Part shown: positions 33,563 through 40,777 of the stretch, piece after piece
Layout: every line of letters begins with the position of its first letter
Position numbering within the stretch: the first letter of the stretch is position 1
DNA from: a virus
IMG/VR virus record: IMGVR_UViG_3300044898_000015
Span: 1-43,766 of that record
Strand: one strand, 5' to 3'
DNA: 43,766 nt
The notes under the pieces: generated by a model
Told to the model about the DNA's origin: nothing
Databases searched by the model: none
The model's input: the letters and a program-made list of their open reading frames with translations, nothing else
Position numbers and translations under genes: made by a program

Positions 33563-33865
33563 CTAGTCCGCAGTAGCTATGAGCGCGGCCTCGAGCGCCG
33601 CTACTTCTTCGCGTAGACGCGTGATCTCTTGCCGCAGCAGCCGTTGACCTTCCGCTTTCGGGAGCGCGTCAAGCTGGTCGATCACGCTGAACGGTTTGCT
33701 GTCGTCTTCGTCGTCGGGTGACGCGGGTGGCACGAGCGCGGCGAGCGCCTTCAACGCCTGGACGAGCGCTATCCCTTTGAGGCCGCTGCGGTTGTCGTAG
33801 AGCTGCTTGAGCAGCCCGTCACGCATCTCCTCCGGCGTGACAGCAACGTCAGCGTCGCTTTCCAT
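33563..33865 (-). CDS. Hypothetical helical protein, 100 aa (small-terminase candidate by position only)
   Basis: ATG 33865. The protein has a coiled-coil C-terminus, and the longer ORF has an Arg-rich, spurious-looking N-terminus. Confidence 0.45.
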   Translation of the reverse strand: MESDADVAVTPEEMRDGLLKQLYDNRSGLKGIALVQALKALAALVPPASPDDEDDSKPFSVIDQLDALPKAEGQRLLRQEITRLREEVAALEAALIATAD

Positions 33866-34034
33866 CGTCCTTGATCCGCGCCGACACGTCTTTCGCCGTG
33901 CGTGCTTGTTCGGTGTAGAAGCTGCCGGTGAGTTCTTCGAGTAGCGTCGGGTCGCGCGGGATGACGGGTAGTTCGACTTTCGGCATGATGCGGCGGAGCA
34001 CGTCCAGCGGGATCTTCTCGTCTCTAGGCGGCAT
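33849..34034 (-). CDS. Hypothetical protein, 61 aa
   Basis: The ORF begins MPPRDEKIPLDVLRRIMPKVELPVIPRD... Confidence 0.4.
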   Translation of the reverse strand: MPPRDEKIPLDVLRRIMPKVELPVIPRDPTLLEELTGSFYTEQARTAKDVSARIKDDGKRR

Positions 34035-34314
34035 CGGCCCTCCGCGCGCCTGCAATGGCGATGCCCTTCTTGTCGTCGCGCGAGCATCCGAGAATGAAGT
34101 CGTAATTGTCCTCGATTCTGGCTAGCGCGATGAAGCTGGGGCGGACCGTTTTACTGCTATCCGTCAGCCAGTCTGTTTCGACGAACTCGCGCGTCCGACG
34201 TATTTCGTCGAACTCTTCCTCCGAGATAAGACGAATCTCGCCGCTACTAGCAATCGGCGTCTTGAAGTAACCACCCTGCTCGGTGGTGTAGATGAGCATG
34301 TGCGTACCGTTCAT
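34024..34314 (-). CDS. Hypothetical 96-aa protein in a visibly lower-GC segment
   Basis: Clean ORF. A hand count of four 60-nt lines gives about 50-60% GC, below the surrounding sequence. Confidence 0.55.
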   Translation of the reverse strand: MNGTHMLIYTTEQGGYFKTPIASSGEIRLISEEEFDEIRRTREFVETDWLTDSSKTVRPSFIALARIEDNYDFILGCSRDDKKGIAIAGARRADAA

Positions 34315-34961
34315 GCCGCGCTCCTAACTCGCTGTGTTGCATCCGCTTGCCGCTCCTGATTCACAACAGAATCCGTCGAGTCGTGAGCCGTGTAGATGTA
34401 CAAGACGTCGCGCGTCCTGGCAGGCTCCGAATGCTTCAGAAACCGCGTGTACAGGTCGAAGTCGGCAGCACCATCGAAGCTGGAATCGAAGCCCCCAAGA
34501 GCATCGGTGAGAGACTTACGCCAGTAGACGGCGCCGCCAAGCATGTACTGGCCGTGCCTGGTCGCCTCAACGTCAGCCCAAGTACCGCCGCGCAACGCGA
34601 CCGGCATCCCGGACGGATCAACGAGGACAGTCCTGCCGCACAACCAGTCCGCGTCACCGATCGTACGGTCTACGGTTTGAAGCGCCCGTCTAGAAAGGCG
34701 GTCGTCGTCTGAGAGCGGGTGTACGAACTCGCCGTTCGCCAGATCGAGCGCAGCTTGAAAGTCGGCTGCCGGGCCGTGCGACTCGCCGCGGACATACCGG
34801 ACACGCGGATCAACCGGGACCAGATCCTCGACCGGCTCCTCGCCGCAGTCGTAGACGATCTGCTCCCAATCAGTGAACGACTGGTCGAGCACCGAACGGA
34901 TGCAACGACCGATCCACTCCGGCCTGTCCCGCGTCGGCGTCAGCAACGAGAATCTTGGCAA
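34311..34961 (-). CDS. Family-2 (GT-A) glycosyltransferase
   Basis: FSLLTPTRDRPEWIGRCIRSVLDQSFTDWEQIVYD and the DxD region HPLSDDDRL. TTG start with GAGGAG upstream. Confidence 0.75.
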   Translation of the reverse strand: MPRFSLLTPTRDRPEWIGRCIRSVLDQSFTDWEQIVYDCGEEPVEDLVPVDPRVRYVRGESHGPAADFQAALDLANGEFVHPLSDDDRLSRRALQTVDRTIGDADWLCGRTVLVDPSGMPVALRGGTWADVEATRHGQYMLGGAVYWRKSLTDALGGFDSSFDGAADFDLYTRFLKHSEPARTRDVLYIYTAHDSTDSVVNQERQADATQRVRSAA

Positions 34962-35811
34962 GTTCTTCTCCTCGTCCGGAAGCGTCGAAGTTTTCGAGGT
35001 GGCGCGTCAACGCCTGCCCATTCATCCCCGGCTTCCAATGCGCGTTCGCGTAATCGTCACGCAGCTTCTGCACCGCCCGCGCAACCTGCCGGCCGGTTAC
35101 CGGCTGCCGCGGAACCACACCACCCAACCGGCCAAGAATGTCGAGAAGCTCCCGCGACCCCAGCCACTGATAACCGACCTCAATGTCACGGCCGACATAG
35201 TCGTCGCCGTCACGCGACCAGTCGTCGATCGCGTCCATCGGCCGCTTACCCGTCCGATAATTCAAATGCTCGACCGTCACATGGCCCATGTACCGGTGCA
35301 GGTTGTGCGGCTCAACGATCCGGCACCACGCGACATCGATGAACGCCTGACGGACACCCGGAAGCGCCCACCAGCCGACAGTCCTGACGAGCTCGCCGCC
35401 CCAGCAAAGCCCGGACGACAGATTCGTCCCGTCCTCGAGCTCTGCGAGCAGACTCGGCGATTCGCTCAACCACATGTCTCGCGCGTACGAGAGACACCAG
35501 TCGGCCGCCGCGTCCTCCAGCAGTTTGTCCCATCCCGTTGTCCGCGGCCTCACGTCGTCGGCGAGCCACCCGTACTGGGCCGCGTCCGGATAGTTGTCGT
35601 AGCACCACGACATCGACGCCTGCAACGATCCCCACACGGGTTCGTAATGGATGCTCCAGTTCGCGGGTAGCCGGATGTCCTGGTACTCGTCGACCGTTTC
35701 GTCAACGTAGACGACGCCGGGCGACGTCATCCCGGTTGCTTCGCACGCGTCCAGCGTCTCCTGGCACTCCTTCGGCCGTCCCCGCGTCGATAGAAGCCAG
35801 ATCGCGTCCAC
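34870..35811 (-). CDS. Divergent glycosyltransferase-like protein, 313 aa
   Basis: The N-terminus AIWLLSTRGRPKECQETLDACEATGMTSPGVVYVDE resembles a GT-A beta1-alpha1-beta2 unit. LADDVRP is a possible DxD. Its 3' end runs 92 nt into the next gene. Confidence 0.4.
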   Translation of the reverse strand: MDAIWLLSTRGRPKECQETLDACEATGMTSPGVVYVDETVDEYQDIRLPANWSIHYEPVWGSLQASMSWCYDNYPDAAQYGWLADDVRPRTTGWDKLLEDAAADWCLSYARDMWLSESPSLLAELEDGTNLSSGLCWGGELVRTVGWWALPGVRQAFIDVAWCRIVEPHNLHRYMGHVTVEHLNYRTGKRPMDAIDDWSRDGDDYVGRDIEVGYQWLGSRELLDILGRLGGVVPRQPVTGRQVARAVQKLRDDYANAHWKPGMNGQALTRHLENFDASGRGEELAKILVADADAGQAGVDRSLHPFGARPVVH

Positions 35812-35923
35812 CAGACTTGTACTTCCTTTCGCATTTGTGGCGGATGATCGCGAGGTTCACGTCGATCGGGGTGGCGCCGTCGCACTCGAAATCGCAGAAC
35901 AGACACGACCCCGAGTAGGTCAT
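35702..35923 (-). CDS. Small Cys-rich ORF (CxxC...C...H..C)
   Basis: ATGA junction with the upstream GT2 gene. The first ~37 codons have high third-position GC. The remainder runs 110 nt into the next gene with poor codon bias. Confidence 0.4.
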   Translation of the reverse strand: MTYSGSCLFCDFECDGATPIDVNLAIIRHKCERKYKSGGRDLASIDAGTAEGVPGDAGRVRSNRDDVARRRLR

Positions 35924-36495
35924 GCTGCTGCAAGGTGGCGGTTACGCGAACCAGGCTGCACCCGGTACGACCAGAGCACTTCAGGCACAAGCTTGAACAC
36001 CGCGGCCGCTCCCAAACACAGCTTCCAGAGCTCCCAGTCCTCGCCCGGCTGTAGTCGCTCCGGCGGCTCCGGCCAGCCACCCAACTCCTCCACCAACGAC
36101 TTACGCACGCACGCTGTCACCGGGATGAAGTTCCCCCTGAGCAGCAACGCGTCGTTGAACAACCGGTTCGGCGTCCAATCCGGCAGCCCCTCAACCCGGC
36201 ACCACGAATACACCACATCAACATCGGCCGTCAGGTACGGCGCGATCGTTTCGACGTAGTCGGGGTCGAGCGTGTCGTCGTCATCGACGGGAAGGACCCA
36301 GTCGCCCTTGGCACGTCCGACCATCCGGTTCCGAAGAACACTCGGGCCGGACCCGTTGACGTCCGTCTCGACAAGGTGCTCACAGACTGGGACGGTTTGT
36401 GCCGCCACCGACGCCTTGCACTCATCAAGCAGCCCCGACCGCGACACGACTGTCGGCGTGATCACCGAGATGCTCGTACGCGTCGCTCCACTCAT
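35920..36495 (-). CDS. Family-2 (GT-A) glycosyltransferase
   Basis: ISVITPTVVSRSGLLDECKASVAAQT...EHLV and WVLPVDDDDTLDPD. AAGGAG lies 9 nt upstream of ATG 36495. It overlaps the upstream gene by 71 nt. Confidence 0.75.
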   Translation of the reverse strand: MSGATRTSISVITPTVVSRSGLLDECKASVAAQTVPVCEHLVETDVNGSGPSVLRNRMVGRAKGDWVLPVDDDDTLDPDYVETIAPYLTADVDVVYSWCRVEGLPDWTPNRLFNDALLLRGNFIPVTACVRKSLVEELGGWPEPPERLQPGEDWELWKLCLGAAAVFKLVPEVLWSYRVQPGSRNRHLAAA

Positions 36496-37543
36496 CCGCC
36501 CCAACTCCTTGAATGACATGCTCCGCAGCTTTCGCTCGCGCGTTCTCGCCCATCTCCCGCCACGACACCAACATGTCGTCCAACGCGTTACGCCACTCCC
36601 GCGGCTTATCGCACCTAGCAAGCAGCCCATTCACGCCAGGCTCAACCCACCACCGGTACGACTCCGACGGCCCCGCAACACACGGGATCCCACACGCCGC
36701 ATACTCAAGCCCCTTCAAATGCGACTTCGCCTCCGTAAACCTAGACTGCTCCAACGGCACCAGGCCGATGTCCATCACCGCCGTGATGTCAGCCAGATCG
36801 AGCTCGTGGAAATGCGTCGGCATCACCGACACCCGCTGACCGGGAGGGACACCGATCATGTCGTGCACCAACGGGTCGCCGGCAGCAACGAACTCCACCT
36901 CCGGATGCTGTACGAGCCACGGGCCGATCACGCCGCGCAACACCGCAAGATCGCCGCGACGCCACCGCGAATCACCCATCCAGCCGACACGCACCCTCCG
37001 CGTCTCGCGTTCGTACGCCAACGGCGCGTCAACCCACATCCCCCAATCCAGACGATTCCGGATCACCTGAACGTTCTCCTGGTACGGCGCGTACAGGTCC
37101 GCGAGTTCCGGTGTCGCGACCGTCAACCCGTCCGCCGCTCCAAGCATCGCAAGCATGTTCGCCCGCATCTCCGGCGACTTCCGCGCACCCGGATTCGACA
37201 AAGGCAACCTAAGCCAGTCATCGTCGGAATCGACCAGCACACGCTTCCCCTGCTCACGCAACCGGCCGATCACATCCGCCCAGCCCGGCTCCTCACGCTG
37301 ATTCAAAACCAGCAGATCAAACTCCTCATCGAGGAGCCACTGGTCGATCCCCTTCACCAACCGCACACCATCCGGCGCACGCTGGAACACCCCGTAATGC
37401 ACCTTCAGCCCGCCCTGCAACGGCTCCACTAGCCGCGGCACCTGCGCGACGGTGTGACCACGAAGGGCCATCTCACTCGCTGGAAACAAGACCCTGTAAA
37501 AACCCGAGCCGTCGAAGTTCGAGGGGAGAGCAACGATCCTCAC
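36425..37543 (-). CDS. GT-B fold glycosyltransferase (GT1/GT4-like)
   Basis: MRIVALPSNFDGSGFYRV and the C-terminal TEAKSHLKGLEYAACGIPCVAG...EPGVNGLLA (E-x7-E-like region). Confidence 0.7.
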   Translation of the reverse strand: MRIVALPSNFDGSGFYRVLFPASEMALRGHTVAQVPRLVEPLQGGLKVHYGVFQRAPDGVRLVKGIDQWLLDEEFDLLVLNQREEPGWADVIGRLREQGKRVLVDSDDDWLRLPLSNPGARKSPEMRANMLAMLGAADGLTVATPELADLYAPYQENVQVIRNRLDWGMWVDAPLAYERETRRVRVGWMGDSRWRRGDLAVLRGVIGPWLVQHPEVEFVAAGDPLVHDMIGVPPGQRVSVMPTHFHELDLADITAVMDIGLVPLEQSRFTEAKSHLKGLEYAACGIPCVAGPSESYRWWVEPGVNGLLARCDKPREWRNALDDMLVSWREMGENARAKAAEHVIQGVGADEWSDAYEHLGDHADSRVAVGAA

Positions 37544-37944
37544 GCGTTAGCCCAGTCGATCAGCGGCATGTGCGGGGCGATCGTCTTCGAGAGCGCGTCC
37601 ACGCTGTATTCCATCGCCCGCCGATAGCCGTCACAGAAGACGTAGTAGACGGGCTTCCCGAGTGCGTCCCCGAGATCGGTCTGAACCATCTTCCAGCAAA
37701 CGTCGAGATGCGCATGGACAAGCTCGTGCACGACCGTCTCACGCTGATCCTCAGGATCTCGGTCGCGGAAACGGTCGTTAAACGCGATCCCGACGTGCCG
37801 CTGACCGACGGTGCAATGCGCGTATGCCTCCAAGTGGCTCTCGCAAGATTCATCGCCGATCGTGACCGTCCAGTCCCGAAGCTCCATCGCGTCCGCGACC
37901 CAGCGCACGTACTTGGCAAGCGCCTTCCGTTCTCGCTTCGTCAC
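37540..37944 (-). CDS. HExxH-motif protein, putative zinc metallopeptidase-like, 134 aa
   Basis: Contains VVHELVHAHLD. Confidence 0.45.
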   Translation of the reverse strand: MTKRERKALAKYVRWVADAMELRDWTVTIGDESCESHLEAYAHCTVGQRHVGIAFNDRFRDRDPEDQRETVVHELVHAHLDVCWKMVQTDLGDALGKPVYYVFCDGYRRAMEYSVDALSKTIAPHMPLIDWANA

Positions 37945-38534
37945 GCGACCACCCGCAGCTCCTCGGGCAACATCGGCTCGCTATCGAGTCCCCATTCGAC
38001 AGCGACCCACTCGAGCGCCTGCTTCGCCAACGACTCCCTCGGCATCCGCGGCTTACCCGTCTCAGGATCGATGCCGCCCGTCCGCCGCGTCCACACCAGT
38101 ACCCGCTTGCACTTCACCGGCACAACCTTCCCAACGTTCCGCCGCGACTGATGATCATGCGACGGCTGATGACAGATCCCGCAACGCGGACAGTGGTAGA
38201 CCGTCCTCGAGCTAGCCGACAACCACCAGCCGTCAAGGTGCCACCACAACGAACGCTCCTCCAAACGAAGCAACACCACCAGCCGCTCAAACTCCCTGAC
38301 CGAAGCCGTATACGTCCGAGGCATCGACGGGCCAGAACCACCATCACCCCGCAACCCATCAGGGCCGCCAAGCGGATCCGACAACTCCGCAAACCGCTCA
38401 GCAAACTGAACCAACACCTTCACCCGCGACTCAATAACACGATCGCGCTCCCTAGATTTGGGCGCGCCAGTGGCGGTAGGCGACAAGACCCTAGCACGAA
38501 CCACCGGACGACTCAACGACATCACAACCATCAC
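37941..38534 (-). CDS. Hypothetical protein with a CPRCGICH zinc-finger-like motif, 197 aa
   Basis: Clean ORF with GTGA junctions on both sides. It lies at the head of the long late transcription unit. Confidence 0.5.
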   Translation of the reverse strand: MMVVMSLSRPVVRARVLSPTATGAPKSRERDRVIESRVKVLVQFAERFAELSDPLGGPDGLRGDGGSGPSMPRTYTASVREFERLVVLLRLEERSLWWHLDGWWLSASSRTVYHCPRCGICHQPSHDHQSRRNVGKVVPVKCKRVLVWTRRTGGIDPETGKPRMPRESLAKQALEWVAVEWGLDSEPMLPEELRVVA

Positions 38535-38755
38535 GACTCCAGTCCCGGCGCAAAGCCGGCCTCGGGATCCAACAACTCGCGCTCCCGCAGAAGCGCCAAA
38601 TCAAGCTCCGCCTGCTCATTCAACGCACGCCTCGCCCACCGGTTAAACGGCAAACCAAGACGGCCAGCCACCGACTTCCACACCGCGTACTCAGACGCCT
38701 GAGCCCGCAAACTCTGCGTCACCGACCCCAAACCCCCACCTCCGTGACACAACAA
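38531..38755 (-). CDS. Ribbon-helix-helix-like DNA-binding protein (start probably TTG 38731)
   Basis: SLRAQASEYAVWKSVAGRLGLPFNRWARRALNEQAE fits a strand-helix-turn-helix RHH layout. GGAGG lies 7 nt before TTG 38731. Confidence 0.4.
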   Translation of the reverse strand: MLCHGGGGLGSVTQSLRAQASEYAVWKSVAGRLGLPFNRWARRALNEQAELDLALLRERELLDPEAGFAPGLES

Positions 38756-38969
38756 GACAAGACCGACCGGTCTAGCCAGTTAAAAACACGAAACACATAC
38801 CCAGGGATGGATAGCGCATGGTGAGGAAGGCGGCCGTTAACAACCCCGGTCGGCCCGAGAAGGCAGCGGCGACCGCGTGATCCTGCCGGCTCTCCGGCTA
38901 CCCAAGCCAGGGGTCGTGTTGGCCTGCGTGTGCCGTATTGCACGGTGCGAGGGTGGGTGAGCTCGGTTG

Positions 38970-38987
38970 ATCCCGCGTCTATCCCGC
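38970..38987 (-). repeat. Paired GCGGGAT repeat with 11-bp register, third locus
   Basis: The minus strand reads TGCGGGATagaCGCGGGAT. This is the same architecture as the two attP-flanking pairs but in the opposite orientation. Confidence 0.7.
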
Positions 38988-39074
38988 ATTGAGGCTGGAA
39001 TACGGCCTTGGATGGGGCGATACAGACCTGTTTTGTCCTGGTTGGGGGTGAATCGCGAGTCGGTGCGTTCATGG

Positions 39075-40412
39075 TCATTCGGTGTCTTCGGTGTCGTTGA
39101 TGAGCTCGAGGTATGCGAGGTGGTCGTGTGGCTCGTCCGGTGGCTCGTCCGGCCTGTCCCCCCTTAAGGGGTGGGACGAGGCACGGAGCCACGGTGCATT
39201 TGTAAGTGATATGTCGTGGGTCGTCCCGTACTCGGGCGCTGCCACGTCTTCTCTGGATTCGTGCTGGTTGATTGGTTTGGTGTTTGTGCGGTTTGTGGCT
39301 CGTCCTGGGTTGTCCGGGGTGTGGGCGCTGCCATCGTGGCTCGTCCCGTGGGTCGTCCGGGGGGTGTCTGGGAAGAGGGGTTGGGCGCTGCCACCGGAGG
39401 GGTTGTAGACGACGTCTTTGACGGGTCTGCCGAGCTTGTCGGTGCGGCCTGATGGGCCTCGGGTGAGGGCGCCTTCGGCGACGAGTAGGGCGAGTTCGCG
39501 GTCTGCGGCGGTGGCGCGTACTCCGAGTCCTTTGGCGATGTCGCGGGCTTTGCTGTCGCGGTGTTCGTCGACCCATTCGATGATGCGTTGCCGTAGCGGT
39601 GGCATGTCGGGCTCGTTGTTAGCGACGGTGAACCGCATGGAGCGTGTCTGGGTGTCCCAGGCGATCCGGTAGTCGAGCGGGGTGGCGGCTTCGGCTTCGC
39701 GGTGTTCGGATTCGATGGTGACGAGGGGTGATTGGCCGTCGCGGCGCCAGCGGAGCCGTGTCTCCCACACGGACTCGAGGTCGGAGCTGCCGCGCATGTG
39801 TTCGCCGGCGTGTCCGGTGTGGTGGACGAAGCTAACGGCGGCTTTCGTTTCGTCGCGTAGCTGGCGTATGAAGTCGATGAGGGGGGCCATCCCGGATTGT
39901 TCGTTCTCTTCGCGTCCTGGGTCTTTCATGCGGGCGAGCGGGTCGAAGACGTAGAGGCGCGGCTGGACGTGGACGCCGAGCTCGAGGAGTTCGAGCTGGG
40001 ATGCTTCGTCGTCGAGTTTGATGCGGGCGTTGGCGCCGAGGAGGAGCCGTCCGCGTAGCCGTTCGGGGTTGATGGCGCGGCCTCTACAGAGGGCGTCGAG
40101 GCGTCGCCAGAGCGCGGCCCGTCCGGACTCTTCGTTGACGAAGATGACGGGTCCGGGGTTCGGGATCTCGAGTACGCCGAACGCGGGCTCGCCTGTCGCG
40201 ATGCTGATACACAGGTCGAGGAGGCCGTAGGACTTGGTGGTTTTCCAGCGGCCGACGGCGGCGATGATGGCCTGGTCGACGATGAGGTCTTGGACGAGCC
40301 AGGCTGTCGGGCCTGGGTCGGGTTCGGCTAGCAGGTCGGCGGCGTCGACTAGCCAAGCAGGCTGGCTGGATGGGAGGTCGGCAGCGTGGAGCGGGTGCAG
40401 CTCGACTGTCAT
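39075..40412 (-). CDS. RecA-fold ATPase, RepA/DnaB-like replicative helicase candidate with a C-terminal winged-helix domain
   Basis: WLVQDLIVDQAIIAAVGRWKTTKSYGLLDL is an AAA_25-like layout, and the Walker A is atypical (GRWKTTKS). LYVFDPLARM is Walker B-like. The C-terminal ARDIAKGLGVRATAADRELALLVAEG is wHTH-like. ATG 40412 forms an ATGA junction. Confidence 0.55.
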   Translation of the reverse strand: MTVELHPLHAADLPSSQPAWLVDAADLLAEPDPGPTAWLVQDLIVDQAIIAAVGRWKTTKSYGLLDLCISIATGEPAFGVLEIPNPGPVIFVNEESGRAALWRRLDALCRGRAINPERLRGRLLLGANARIKLDDEASQLELLELGVHVQPRLYVFDPLARMKDPGREENEQSGMAPLIDFIRQLRDETKAAVSFVHHTGHAGEHMRGSSDLESVWETRLRWRRDGQSPLVTIESEHREAEAATPLDYRIAWDTQTRSMRFTVANNEPDMPPLRQRIIEWVDEHRDSKARDIAKGLGVRATAADRELALLVAEGALTRGPSGRTDKLGRPVKDVVYNPSGGSAQPLFPDTPRTTHGTSHDGSAHTPDNPGRATNRTNTKPINQHESREDVAAPEYGTTHDISLTNAPWLRASSHPLRGDRPDEPPDEPHDHLAYLELINDTEDTE

Positions 40413-40699
40413 GCGGCGACCGTGTCGCGTACCGTCTCCGCCCGCCGCAACCAGACGGCGAGCGACCACGCCGCCCTGTGGTCACGCCAATCGATCACGG
40501 CCCCGATCACGACCGCGAACGGGTAGCAGTATCCGAGGTCGCCGCCGCAACACGCGGGCTTGCGGGCTTTGTGTTTGTCGGCTGCTTCGACGAGTTCGAG
40601 GAGGAGCAGGTGGAACTCTGCGTTGTCGGCCGGGGTCCACCACGGCTGCTCGTCGAGGTTGTGTCTAGTCGGCGTCTCGGTTGCGGTGGCTGCGGTCAA
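40409..40699 (-). CDS. Hypothetical protein, 96 aa
   Basis: Clean ORF. Confidence 0.5.
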   Translation of the reverse strand: MTAATATETPTRHNLDEQPWWTPADNAEFHLLLLELVEAADKHKARKPACCGGDLGYCYPFAVVIGAVIDWRDHRAAWSLAVWLRRAETVRDTVAA

Positions 40700-40777
40700 A
40701 CGGTTTGCCCTCTCATGGTGGTGTTCGTCCCAGCGCGAAGCTGGCCTTGAACGGGCTCGGGGTGACGGTGCGGAGGG

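Noticed and set aside
38719-39576. 285-aa minus-strand ORF spanning the non-coding gap and the 3' end of the helicase gene
   Set aside because: It is extremely rich in Arg, Pro and Thr (RRRPRTRPTRRRRRPHPRP...), which is typical of an off-frame ORF in GC-rich DNA. It overlaps a well-supported gene in another frame.
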